Assembly: GCA_963822445.1 (NCBI GenBank)
Contig: CAWGHO010000001.1
Span: 768,001 to 832,000, forward strand
Direction: 5' to 3'
Origin: an uncultured Acidobacteriota bacterium
GTDB taxonomy: Bacteria; Acidobacteriota; Thermoanaerobaculia; Gp7-AA8
DNA length: 64,000 bases
The first letter of the stretch is position 1; each line of letters begins with the position of its first letter. Below are positions 34,170 to 42,993 of the stretch, piece after piece. Made by a program: the position numbers and the translations under genes. Below the pieces are notes generated by a model. That model was given only the letters and a program-made list of their open reading frames with translations, did not search any database and had not been told where the DNA came from.

Positions 34170-36192
34170 GGGCGGCCTGGGCGCGGACCTCGCGGGCCCG
34201 CCCTCCGAAGTGATCGATCAGCGATCCGACGTCGACCACCAGCACGATCTCGCTCTCGCCGATCTCCGTCGCGCCGGCGATACCGGGGATGGTCTTCAGC
34301 CGCTCGCCGATCGATTTGATGACCACTTCCTGCTGACGCACGAGGGCGTTGACCAGAATGCCGACGGTCTTCTCCCCCGCCCGCGTCACGACGACGAACC
34401 ATTTCGTGTCGGGACCATGATCGTGATCGTCCTCGAGTCCGAACGCGTCGGCCAGACGCAGCAGCGGCAGCGTGTAGTCGCGCAACGTGAACACCTCGCG
34501 GCGCTCGACGGTGCGGATGTCGCGCGAGTAAATCCGCAGCGATTCTTCGACGGAGGTGAGGGGGATGGCGAATTGATCGCCGCCCGCTTCGACGATGAGG
34601 GCCTGGATGATGGCCAGGGTGATGGGCAGCGAAACGCGGAAAGTCGTTCCTTCGCCCACCCGTGAAATGACGTCGATGGTGCCCTTGAGCTCCTGGATGT
34701 TCTTCTTCACGACGTCGAGGCCGACGCCGCGGCCGGAGATCTCGCTGACGGCGCTGGCCGTGGAAAAGCCGGGCGTGAACATCAGCTCATACGCGCGCTG
34801 CTGATCGACGACTTCCTTTTCGCCGATCAGACCGCGGGCGACGGCGACTTTGCGGATCATCTCCGCGTCGATGCCCCGGCCGTCATCGGTCACGTCGAGG
34901 ACGACGGAGTTGCCCTGCTGATACGCGTTCAGGGTGATGCGGCCGACGGGATTCTTCCCCGCGGCGCGCCGCTCTTCCGCCGATTCGATTCCGTGATCGA
35001 GGGCGTTGCGGATGATGTGCATCAGCGGGTCGGTCAGCTCTTCGACCATCATCTTGTCGAGCTCCGTATCCTCGCCGCGCAGAATCAGCTCGATCTCTTT
35101 GCTCAGCTCCCGCGCGGTCTTGCGCACCGTGCGGGAGATCTTCGAGTAGATCTGGCCGACCGGAACCATGCGGATCTCGATGACCGACTTCTGCAGCTCG
35201 TTGAGCTTGCGATCGAGATTGCGGGAGATCTTCCCCAGCTCGTGCGAGGCCATGCGCGCCTGCTGCTGAGTCATGGCCCGGGCCAGGGTCTCGAGCTGGG
35301 TCTTCTCGATGATCAGCTCGCCGACGATGTTCATGACGTGGTCGAGACGGGCGATGTCGACGCGCACGGTCTGGGAGAGCGAGCGCAGGGACATCTCTTC
35401 ATCGGGCGCGATCGCTTCCTGCGGCACCGTCGCCGCTTGTGGAGCGGCCACGACGCCTTTGCGCAGCGACGTCACTTTCGCTTCCGGAGCAAGAGCGGCG
35501 ACCGCGGCATCGTTCAACGTCGAGCCGTAAAGCAGACGGAAGGCGATGCCATTGACGTTGCCCGTGGGAATCGCAGGAAGCGTGGAAATGACCTCGCCTG
35601 CATCGACGAGGCTGGCGGTCAACGCGCGGAGGCGCTCGTCGAAGTCGGAGAAATCGAAGGTGACTTCGAGCGAGAGGATGTGCTTTCCGCTGCGCACATT
35701 CTCGAGCAGGCGGTGCTCTTCGTACTCGGTCAGCGACTTGCGGGTCTGCTCGTCGAGGGTGATCTCCGCCAGCGGATCATCGTGCTTCTGCTGCGGCTGA
35801 TTGGTGATGATGTGATGGATGCGCCGCGTGAGGGCGGTCATGTCCACCAGCCCGGCCAGCGAGGAGTCGTTGATGGAGATGACCAGGCGATTGAGGCTGT
35901 CGACGGCGTCGTAGAGCAGGTCGATCAGATCCTTGGAGATCTCGATCTTCCCCATCCGCAGCTTGTCGAGCATGTCCTCGAGGTTGTGGGAGAGCTCGGA
36001 GATCTCGGAAAAACCGAGCATGCCCGCCAGGCCTTTGAGCGAGTGGACCTCGCGGAAGATCTTGTTGACCAGCTCCGGCCGGACGTTGCGCCCCTGGGTC
36101 TCGAACTCGACGAGATCGCGCGAGAGCGTGTCGAGCAGCTCTTCGGCTTCGCTGGTGAACTCCTCGCGGGCTCGATCGTCTTCGCGGGTCAT
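34162..36192 (-). CDS. cheA: chemotaxis histidine kinase CheA
   Basis: IFREVHSLKG (P1), VRVDIARLD, HIIRNALDHGIE, DDGRGID, FTPGFST, SGRGVGLDVV, C-terminal CheW-like domain. Confidence 0.96.
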   Translation of the reverse strand: MTREDDRAREEFTSEAEELLDTLSRDLVEFETQGRNVRPELVNKIFREVHSLKGLAGMLGFSEISELSHNLEDMLDKLRMGKIEISKDLIDLLYDAVDSLNRLVISINDSSLAGLVDMTALTRRIHHIITNQPQQKHDDPLAEITLDEQTRKSLTEYEEHRLLENVRSGKHILSLEVTFDFSDFDERLRALTASLVDAGEVISTLPAIPTGNVNGIAFRLLYGSTLNDAAVAALAPEAKVTSLRKGVVAAPQAATVPQEAIAPDEEMSLRSLSQTVRVDIARLDHVMNIVGELIIEKTQLETLARAMTQQQARMASHELGKISRNLDRKLNELQKSVIEIRMVPVGQIYSKISRTVRKTARELSKEIELILRGEDTELDKMMVEELTDPLMHIIRNALDHGIESAEERRAAGKNPVGRITLNAYQQGNSVVLDVTDDGRGIDAEMIRKVAVARGLIGEKEVVDQQRAYELMFTPGFSTASAVSEISGRGVGLDVVKKNIQELKGTIDVISRVGEGTTFRVSLPITLAIIQALIVEAGGDQFAIPLTSVEESLRIYSRDIRTVERREVFTLRDYTLPLLRLADAFGLEDDHDHGPDTKWFVVVTRAGEKTVGILVNALVRQQEVVIKSIGERLKTIPGIAGATEIGESEIVLVVDVGSLIDHFGGRAREVRAQAAHV

Positions 36193-36227
36193 GGAACCGG
36201 AGCGATGTTAGCGGGTTTTCTACGCTG

Positions 36228-36307
36228 CGAGGTTACGGGGTTTCGAGGTTTCGGGGTTACGAGGTTGGAAGGCACCCCGTAACCCCGAAACCCCGTAACC
36301 CCGTAAC
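36228..36307. repeat. inverted array of 8-nt tandem repeats (GGTTWCGR)n/(ACCCCGWA)n
   Basis: ggttacgg ggtttcga ggtttcgg ggttacga ggtt ... accccgta accccgaa accccgta accccgta ac. Confidence 0.85.
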
Positions 36308-37762
36308 TTATCCGCGATACGCCTCGTCCTGCTCGATTCGCGAAAGGATCCAGGGAAAGTCGCCGGTGGTGATCTTGCCGCCGCAGTATTCGCAGATCGC
36401 GGCCTGGCCTTCGGCGCGAGACGCGCCGCAGTTGGGACAAATCCTGCCGTCCGCGCTGCCGGCGGCCCGGCCGCGCACGAACGTCCAGTACTCGCTCCAC
36501 CGGCGGCGGCGTTGCGAGGAGCCGCCGATCACGTCGCCGGCCTTGTTGAGGGCGTAGTCGCTGCCCGAGGCGTAGAGGCGGACGGTGATAGCGTCGAAGA
36601 AGGCGTCGCTGGCGACCTTCACCACCTCCGTGTTGTCGATCGTGTAGCCGTCGACGATGTTGCGCACGTCCTGGCGGAGGTATTCGTCGATCCAGTAACG
36701 ATGCATCTGGAAGAGCGCATCGGTCTCGAGCGGTCGGGCGCGTTTCCAGTCGCGCGAGGTCCAGGCGTTCTGCAACTCCGTGGCGACGAATCGCGCCCGT
36801 TGGTCGAACGCTTCCCAGCTGAACGCGGGATGGCGCTCGACGAAGGTCTTCATGTGGCGAACGATCCAGGGTTGGTTGACCGTCGGGCGATCGAGCCCCG
36901 GCTCCTCACCCGAACCGCCTCCGCCGAGCTGCGGCGGCCGCTCGTCCTTGCTGACCACTTTGATCGCCGTGAGGAACCAGTGGAAGGTCCCGTCGGCGAT
37001 CACCGTGCCGCAGTGGAGGCATGCGCCGTCGGTGCGCGTCTGCAGCGCCGCGCCGCATTTCGGGCAATGCTCGGCCTTTGCTTTTTCGGGTGCGGGCGAC
37101 AGCAGATCGCGGGCGCGGGTCAGCGTCCACAGCTCGCGCACATACCACCGTCGCGTAACCCCCGCAGCAACCTCGGAGTAATTCGCCTCGAGCTCGACAT
37201 CCGCCTCGACACGCGCGCCCTCGAGGCCGCGGAAATTGATCACGCTGAAGCTGCCGACGACGATCGCGTCGATGCTGGTGAGCCCCGCCGGCGCGTGTCG
37301 CTTCAACCCCTCGCGAACGGCGGCGCTGACATACGGCGCGAAGTCGTCGACGCGGCCGCGGCCCAGGGCTTCGTAGAGGCGGGCGAAGAGGCTGTAGCAG
37401 AAATCGGTGAAGACGATCTCCGAGAAATTCGGATCGAACTGGCGGAGCGACTCCATGCTCGCCGGCTCCGCGCGCGTGGGGGCAACGGTCAGCAGGCGCA
37501 CATTCTCGGCCTTCGTGTTGTTCACGGCGCCGACGACGATGAACACCATGAACAGCAGGAAGACGAGCGCGGGCGGCGCTCCGCCGGAGGATGAGCCACC
37601 ACCCGACGAACCGCCGTAGCTCGAGCTGCCCGAACCAGACGAGGAGGACGACGAAGACGAAGACGAGGAGGAACCCGAATACGAATCGCCGCCGCCGATC
37701 CGCGCTTCGGCAACGAGCGTCGTGAAGAACGCCAGCGCGAGAATCAACGCGATTCGTCTCAT
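36308..37762 (-). CDS. Tim44-like domain protein with two zinc ribbons
   Basis: Signal peptide, RIGGGDSY plus Ser/Gly tract, TM, DPNFS...ELWTLTR, CPKC..CLHC, second domain SEYWTFVR, CPNC..CEYC, WILSRIEQ. Confidence 0.8.
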   Translation of the reverse strand: MRRIALILALAFFTTLVAEARIGGGDSYSGSSSSSSSSSSSSGSGSSSYGGSSGGGSSSGGAPPALVFLLFMVFIVVGAVNNTKAENVRLLTVAPTRAEPASMESLRQFDPNFSEIVFTDFCYSLFARLYEALGRGRVDDFAPYVSAAVREGLKRHAPAGLTSIDAIVVGSFSVINFRGLEGARVEADVELEANYSEVAAGVTRRWYVRELWTLTRARDLLSPAPEKAKAEHCPKCGAALQTRTDGACLHCGTVIADGTFHWFLTAIKVVSKDERPPQLGGGGSGEEPGLDRPTVNQPWIVRHMKTFVERHPAFSWEAFDQRARFVATELQNAWTSRDWKRARPLETDALFQMHRYWIDEYLRQDVRNIVDGYTIDNTEVVKVASDAFFDAITVRLYASGSDYALNKAGDVIGGSSQRRRRWSEYWTFVRGRAAGSADGRICPNCGASRAEGQAAICEYCGGKITTGDFPWILSRIEQDEAYRG

Positions 37763-38382
37763 GCGAGCTGAATCTCCGGTGCGTTGGTCAGCTCATCGGG
37801 ATTCCCGTCATCGGCAGGAACGTCACGCTCGAGAATCGCGCCGAAAGCACGGATCGCCGCGATGACCGCGTCGGAATCGATGTCCTGATCGCGATGCAGG
37901 TCCGCGGTCGCGGCGTTCCAATCCGTCGCGTTCACCCTCCGCAGCAGACCGCGGTCGGCCACGACTTCCATCCGCCGCTCCAGCAGAGAAACGAACAGCA
38001 GGACGCCGGTCTCGGCAGACGTATTCGCAACACCGCGCTCCTGAAACGACGCCGCGGCGTGCGTTCGCACGGTCTCCAGACGTTCGCGGCGCGTCGTGAA
38101 CAGCCGCCTCAGGCCAGCACTGTGCCGCGAGATGGCAATGCCAATCACGTAGAACGCGATCGGATCGAGGATGACCGTGATCGGCGGCACGACCCAGGGC
38201 ATGAACACGAGAACGGCCAGCGACACGATCGCGAGCGTGGCCGCGAATCGCGAGTCCGCATGCGCATACGAACCGGAACGCGCGCGCACATCGACGATCA
38301 GCTCCGCCGCGGAGCGCTGCTCCAGATCGCGCACCGCATCACCGATCGCCCGCGCGGCCGCGGCATCGAACGACATGTGCAC
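37759..38382 (-). CDS. TPM-domain (DUF477-like) membrane protein
   Basis: IGDAVRDLEQRSAAELIV, two TM helices, TGVLLFVSLLERRMEVVADRG, NPDEL. Confidence 0.8.
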   Translation of the reverse strand: MHMSFDAAAARAIGDAVRDLEQRSAAELIVDVRARSGSYAHADSRFAATLAIVSLAVLVFMPWVVPPITVILDPIAFYVIGIAISRHSAGLRRLFTTRRERLETVRTHAAASFQERGVANTSAETGVLLFVSLLERRMEVVADRGLLRRVNATDWNAATADLHRDQDIDSDAVIAAIRAFGAILERDVPADDGNPDELTNAPEIQLA

Positions 38383-38389
38383 GGGCGGT

Positions 38390-38980
38390 TCAGTCCCTCG
38401 AGACGGGAGGTGTCGTCGGAACGGCGGTGCGCAGCCTTCCGCCGAGGGACATGCCGCCGGGTGCAGCGCCGGCCTTGATCTCGTCGGACTCCCACTCTTC
38501 GTCGGTCTTGAACCGAACCTCGGTGGTGTTCTTCATGAGCGGCAAGGTCTTGTCGCCGACGACGTACTCGACCTCGAGGCTGCGGAGGTTCCAGTTGTCC
38601 GCGCTGTCGAACGGGCCGATCCGGCCTGTCTTGAAGTGCAGTCCGAAGCGATGGATGTCGCTCGGAAGCACGCTGAGGTTCTGCGCTTTCAGATCCCACT
38701 CGAGGGTCTTGCGCATGCCGTTCGGAAAGCCCTCGCACGCCGGATTGCCGGCTGGATCGCGCCGGCAGTTCAGACCCTTCGATTCGATCCGCTTGCCGTC
38801 TTTTGTGATGAGGAACGCGGAGACGACGCTGTTGCGGCGAAGGTCATCGTTACCGGTGACGGTCTTGATCCGGATGCGGCTGATCGTGGAACGCTCGCTT
38901 CGCGGCGGCGCGACCGTGACCTGGGAGATGACTGGAAGGGCTACGAGCAGGACGGCGGTGAGCAGCAGGATTCGGCGCAT
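38390..38980 (-). CDS. secreted hypothetical protein
   Basis: Signal peptide MRRILLLTAVLLVALP; beta-rich body (TGNDDLR...DNWNLRSLEV). Confidence 0.7.
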   Translation of the reverse strand: MRRILLLTAVLLVALPVISQVTVAPPRSERSTISRIRIKTVTGNDDLRRNSVVSAFLITKDGKRIESKGLNCRRDPAGNPACEGFPNGMRKTLEWDLKAQNLSVLPSDIHRFGLHFKTGRIGPFDSADNWNLRSLEVEYVVGDKTLPLMKNTTEVRFKTDEEWESDEIKAGAAPGGMSLGGRLRTAVPTTPPVSRD

Positions 38981-38989
38981 GCGCCCGTT

Positions 38990-39367
38990 CTACGCCACTT
39001 TCAGCAGCCGCCGCAACTTCTCCACCAGATCCCCAGCCTGAAACGGCTTCACCAGATACTCCTCGGCACCCAGCGCGGCGGCGCGGCGGCGATCCTCTTC
39101 ACTCGATTCCGTGGAGATGACCATGATCGGGATCGAGCGGTAGATGGGATGGTTCTTGAGGAAGCTCACCAGCTCCAGGCCGTTGATGTCCGGCATGTTG
39201 ATGTCGGTGAGGATGGCGTCGAACTTGTGGTGAGGCAGGGTCTTGAGGGCCTCGAAGCCGCTCGCGGCCTCGACGATCTCGAGGTCGTAGCTCTCCGTCC
39301 CTCCCTCGATCACCGTCGTCAGATACGCCCGCATCGACGATGAGTCTTCGACAACGAGAATCTTCAT
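38990..39367 (-). CDS. cheY: CheY-like single-domain response regulator
   Basis: ILVVEDS, ILTDINMPDING, ISTE, YLVKPF. Confidence 0.88.
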   Translation of the reverse strand: MKILVVEDSSSMRAYLTTVIEGGTESYDLEIVEAASGFEALKTLPHHKFDAILTDINMPDINGLELVSFLKNHPIYRSIPIMVISTESSEEDRRRAAALGAEEYLVKPFQAGDLVEKLRRLLKVA

Positions 39368-41232
39368 CAGCGCCGCCCCGCCCTCTCCGACGCGAACACC
39401 GCGTTTCCGAACGCGTACCCGGCCTGTGACAGAAAGATCTCGAGTCCAGTCATGCTGTCGATCGGCGCGCGGTGCTCGGCGTTATCGCCGTAAAGGATAC
39501 CAATCGCGCGGGTGCCGTGCATGATCGGCAGCGCGACCACCTCCGTCGGAAGGAGACCTCCGAAGGCGTCGATGAGCTGCACGTTGGTTGGCGTGCGGCG
39601 CATCTTGCCGCGATGGGGCTCGCCGCCGACCGCCACGTCAGCGAGAATCGAAGGGTCGTTCCGGGCGATGCGCAGACGGCGCACGCGCGCGTCCATGGCT
39701 TCGTCCCCGCCGCCGGTGGTGCCGAAGCCGCCGAGGCCTACGAAGACGTCGTCGGAGGCCATGAAGAGTGCGCCGCGATCGAGATACTCGGCGGAAAGAC
39801 GCAGGATCGTGGCCGAGACCTGGCCGATGTCGTTCGGATTCGAAAGCTCGTTGATCAGCTGGCGCAGCAGGTTGAAGGAACGGTCCATCGTTTCCTTCGT
39901 AGCCATCTCGTAGAACTTCTTCCCCGCGTCGACACCGCCGCCGGTGATCTGTGTCCACTGATCGAACGAACGCTCGGCGAAGAGCACCAGCTCGTCGGCG
40001 AACATGGCCAGCTCCTCTTCCACGAGACCTGGCTGCAGGCGCTCGGGTGTGGGCTTGGTCACGTACAGATCGGCGCCGGAGCGAAGGAGCTCATGGCGGC
40101 GGCGGAGATCGGCGAGGGCGTCGATCATCACCACCGGCAGCCGGGGGTTCTTGCGCTTCAACTGCTGCATCAGCTTCGTCGACGCGTCGTCGTCGGTGAG
40201 CTCGAGGAAGGTCACGAAATAGCTGTTCGAGCGGAACAGGTCGGTCATGGCCGCGCGAACGTCGTCGAGCGATCCGTACTGCGAGATCTTCACGCCCATT
40301 TTCGAAAAGGCGCGCTTGGCCGCGACACGCACCATCGGGTTGCGCTCGAAGAGCACGACGTTGCGATACGCGGCGTCGGGCGACTCGACTTCGAACAGGC
40401 CGCCGGCGACTTTGAACTGACCCGACGTTCCGCCGGCTTTAGCCCCCGCTTCAGAAGGAGGTGGCTGGTCTTCGATGGGGGGAACCGCGGGCGACGCGCC
40501 GCTCAGATCGGGCAGCTCGTCGATGGGCGTGAACTCCTCGCGAGTCGGGAACTGCACGACGTTGTCCGTCGGCGGCACTGGCGCGATCGAGGGACGCGGG
40601 GGCGCTTCCGGCTCGGGCGGAGCGGACGCGATGGGTTGGCCGAGGCCGAGGTTCAGGGAGGCGGGTGTGGCTTCGGCGGGGGCGGAGCCGCGGAGGAGGG
40701 CCTTGCCGACCTTCAGCGATTCCTCGAGGCCCTTGAGAGGCTTGAGCTTCTCCGCGTCGCCGGCACCGAGAAGTTTCGACGGCGACAGACCGCCTTCCTT
40801 GAAGAGCTGGTCGGGTTCGTACTCCACGTCCAGCGCGCCCATGCTCTCGCTGAGGATGAAGTTGAACTCCCCTTCCTTGCTCGACAGCAGCGGCGTGACC
40901 ACGGTGAGGATCCGCTTGTGGACCGCCGCGGCCAGGTCGTCCTTCGAAAGCAGATTCAGGTCGAGGATCGACAGCCCGACGGGGATGCCGCGCTCCTCCA
41001 TCTGCCGGACCATGGCCGACTTCGCCGCCGGGATCAGTCCTGATGCTTCGAGAAAGCCGGTGAGATCGGATTGCTCGGGCGAGGCGGCGTTCACGACCAG
41101 GCCGTTGCGAAAGAGGACGGTGTGCCGGCCGGCGCTGTTGATGATCTCGAGCACGCCCGTGCGACGGCTGAGGTAGACGATCTGAACGATGTCGGTGAGG
41201 GAGAGGTCCTCGAGACGTCCGAGAAGACTCAT
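39367..41232 (-). CDS. DUF4388 (PATAN-like) plus degenerate receiver plus GAF-like domain protein
   Basis: MSLLGRLEDLSLTDIVQIVYLSRRTGVL, EGEFNF, GADLYVTKP, VVALPI...ILYGDN. Confidence 0.85.
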   Translation of the reverse strand: MSLLGRLEDLSLTDIVQIVYLSRRTGVLEIINSAGRHTVLFRNGLVVNAASPEQSDLTGFLEASGLIPAAKSAMVRQMEERGIPVGLSILDLNLLSKDDLAAAVHKRILTVVTPLLSSKEGEFNFILSESMGALDVEYEPDQLFKEGGLSPSKLLGAGDAEKLKPLKGLEESLKVGKALLRGSAPAEATPASLNLGLGQPIASAPPEPEAPPRPSIAPVPPTDNVVQFPTREEFTPIDELPDLSGASPAVPPIEDQPPPSEAGAKAGGTSGQFKVAGGLFEVESPDAAYRNVVLFERNPMVRVAAKRAFSKMGVKISQYGSLDDVRAAMTDLFRSNSYFVTFLELTDDDASTKLMQQLKRKNPRLPVVMIDALADLRRRHELLRSGADLYVTKPTPERLQPGLVEEELAMFADELVLFAERSFDQWTQITGGGVDAGKKFYEMATKETMDRSFNLLRQLINELSNPNDIGQVSATILRLSAEYLDRGALFMASDDVFVGLGGFGTTGGGDEAMDARVRRLRIARNDPSILADVAVGGEPHRGKMRRTPTNVQLIDAFGGLLPTEVVALPIMHGTRAIGILYGDNAEHRAPIDSMTGLEIFLSQAGYAFGNAVFASERAGRR

Positions 41233-41250
41233 GAGCGGCCCGCTCGGGCG

Positions 41251-41688
41251 TCAGTTCCTGGTCGCGCGTTCGTCAGCACCGGCGAGATTGTAGCGTTTCA
41301 ATATCCCGTCGAGGATGCCGTTGATGAACTGGCTGGACTTCTGCGTGCCGAACTTTTTCGCGATCTCGATGGCCTCGTCGATGACCACGAGCTTGGGCGT
41401 GTCGCTCTCGTGGAGGAACTCGTAGATCGACATGCGGATGATGTTGCGGTCGACGGCGGCCATCCGGGACAGGCGCCAGTTCTCGGCCTGGTTCTGGATC
41501 ATGTCGTCGATCTTCTCCAGGTTGTCGACCGTCCCCTTGAAGATCTTGGTCGCGAACTCGCGGGTGTTCGCCTTCGATTTCTGCAGCTCCTCGAACGTGC
41601 CGATGATCTGGTCCGGCTGGTTGCCGCCCATGTCGTGCTGAAAGAGCATCTGCAGTGCGAGCTCGCGTGCCTTGCGCCGGGCGCCCAT
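41251..41688 (-). CDS. nusB: transcription antitermination factor NusB
   Basis: RRKARELALQMLFQ, WRLSRMAAVDRNIIR, VIDEAIEIAKKFG, FINGILD. Confidence 0.96.
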   Translation of the reverse strand: MGARRKARELALQMLFQHDMGGNQPDQIIGTFEELQKSKANTREFATKIFKGTVDNLEKIDDMIQNQAENWRLSRMAAVDRNIIRMSIYEFLHESDTPKLVVIDEAIEIAKKFGTQKSSQFINGILDGILKRYNLAGADERATRN

Positions 41689-42168
41689 CTAGGTCTCCTC
41701 CGTGCGAAGCGCGCGCCACAAGTTGGCCATCTCGATGGCCGCCAGCGCCGCCTCCCATCCTTTGTTTCCCGTGCCTTGCGAGGAGCGCTCGACGGCCTGC
41801 TCGTAGGTGTTGCAGGTGATCACGCCGAATGCGATCGGGAACCGCGTTTCGGTGGCCACGCGCGAAAGATCGTTGGTGACCTGCGCGGAGATGAAGTCGA
41901 AATGGGGGGTGTCGCCGCGCAGAAGACAGCCGAGGGTGACGAGGGCGTCGTACCGGTTGCCGTCGACGAGTTTTGCGGCGAGCGTGGGGATCTCGAAAGC
42001 ACCGGGAACGCGGAAGAGGGCGATGGAGTCGTCGTCCGCGCCGTGGCGGGTGAGACAGGAAACGGCGCCGTCGATCAGCCCGGACACGATCTCGTCGTTG
42101 AACCGGCTGGCGATGATGGCCACCCGGAGCCCGGCGGCACTCGAATTTCCCTCGAAAGAACGCGGCAT
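41689..42168 (-). CDS. ribH: 6,7-dimethyl-8-ribityllumazine synthase
   Basis: SRFN, VPGAFEIP, LGCLLRGDTPHFDFI, FGVIT, NKGWEAA. Confidence 0.96.
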   Translation of the reverse strand: MPRSFEGNSSAAGLRVAIIASRFNDEIVSGLIDGAVSCLTRHGADDDSIALFRVPGAFEIPTLAAKLVDGNRYDALVTLGCLLRGDTPHFDFISAQVTNDLSRVATETRFPIAFGVITCNTYEQAVERSSQGTGNKGWEAALAAIEMANLWRALRTEET

Positions 42169-42195
42169 TGCGGGCGCGGATTGTACTCTTTACGC

Positions 42196-42993
42196 ATGCA
42201 GCTGACCGACGAAGAGCGCGAGCACATCCGGCTGTCGGAGGAGTACCGGGCGGAGGTGCGGGCCAAGCTCGCCGGGCCACCGCGCGAAAAGCCGTGGTAC
42301 GCGGAGTTCACCATGCCGATGATCATGCTCGCTGCCACCGCGCTGGTCAGCGGTCTCCTCGTGCCGTTCATCCTCGGCAAAGTGGACGATCAGCGGCGCG
42401 AGTTCGAGCTCCAGTCGAAACTGATCGAGCAGATCGTGGGCGATGACGCAGCGGCGCAGATGGCGCTCTACCAGTACCGTGGCAGCGCTGCCGACTTCAA
42501 GATGACCAAGCTCAACGCTGAGTTGGAGAAACGCTTCAACACCCTGCGTTCGCTCGACGCCGAAGAGCGCCAGGCGCGGCGCGCCGAGCTCCAGCAGAAA
42601 GTGCTACGCGCGCACGACCTCTACGACGAAGCTTACGCAGCGATGTCATCGAGCATGACGAAGTACTTCATCGAGCAACGCGGCAACATCGAGTGGGTAC
42701 GGCTGCACTACGGCGACAAAGAGCCGCTCCGGAACTACGTTCGAGCCTCGCGCCTCGAGACCAGCGAGGCAGTGCGGAACCTCAGGCCATACCATGAAGA
42801 GCTGAACCGCATTTACAACCACGCCGCCGCTCAGTTGAGAACCTGCACTGACGAAAAGGCCTGTCAACAGTTCTTCGATGACATCGACATTGCGGTGCAA
42901 AGGCTTCGCAACAATGAGCCGAACTTCAAAGCCTGGGAAGACGCCAAGCGCCAACTCGTGCACTTCATCAGCACCAACGACCCGCGGATCTAG
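42196..42993 (+). CDS. hypothetical single-TM helical protein
   Basis: MQLTDEEREHIRLSEEYRAEVR start inside ORF 41071..42993; one TM then charged helices; fills the gap between ribH and the amidase. Confidence 0.75.
   Translation: MQLTDEEREHIRLSEEYRAEVRAKLAGPPREKPWYAEFTMPMIMLAATALVSGLLVPFILGKVDDQRREFELQSKLIEQIVGDDAAAQMALYQYRGSAADFKMTKLNAELEKRFNTLRSLDAEERQARRAELQQKVLRAHDLYDEAYAAMSSSMTKYFIEQRGNIEWVRLHYGDKEPLRNYVRASRLETSEAVRNLRPYHEELNRIYNHAAAQLRTCTDEKACQQFFDDIDIAVQRLRNNEPNFKAWEDAKRQLVHFISTNDPRI

Noticed and set aside
13321-36307. Repeat arrays as CRISPR
   Set aside because: Units are 7-8 nt with no unique spacers, and there are no cas genes.
37610-37690. Low-complexity GAC/GAG/GAA tract
   Set aside because: Encodes the Ser/Gly linker of the Tim44-like protein; an ordinary coding repeat.
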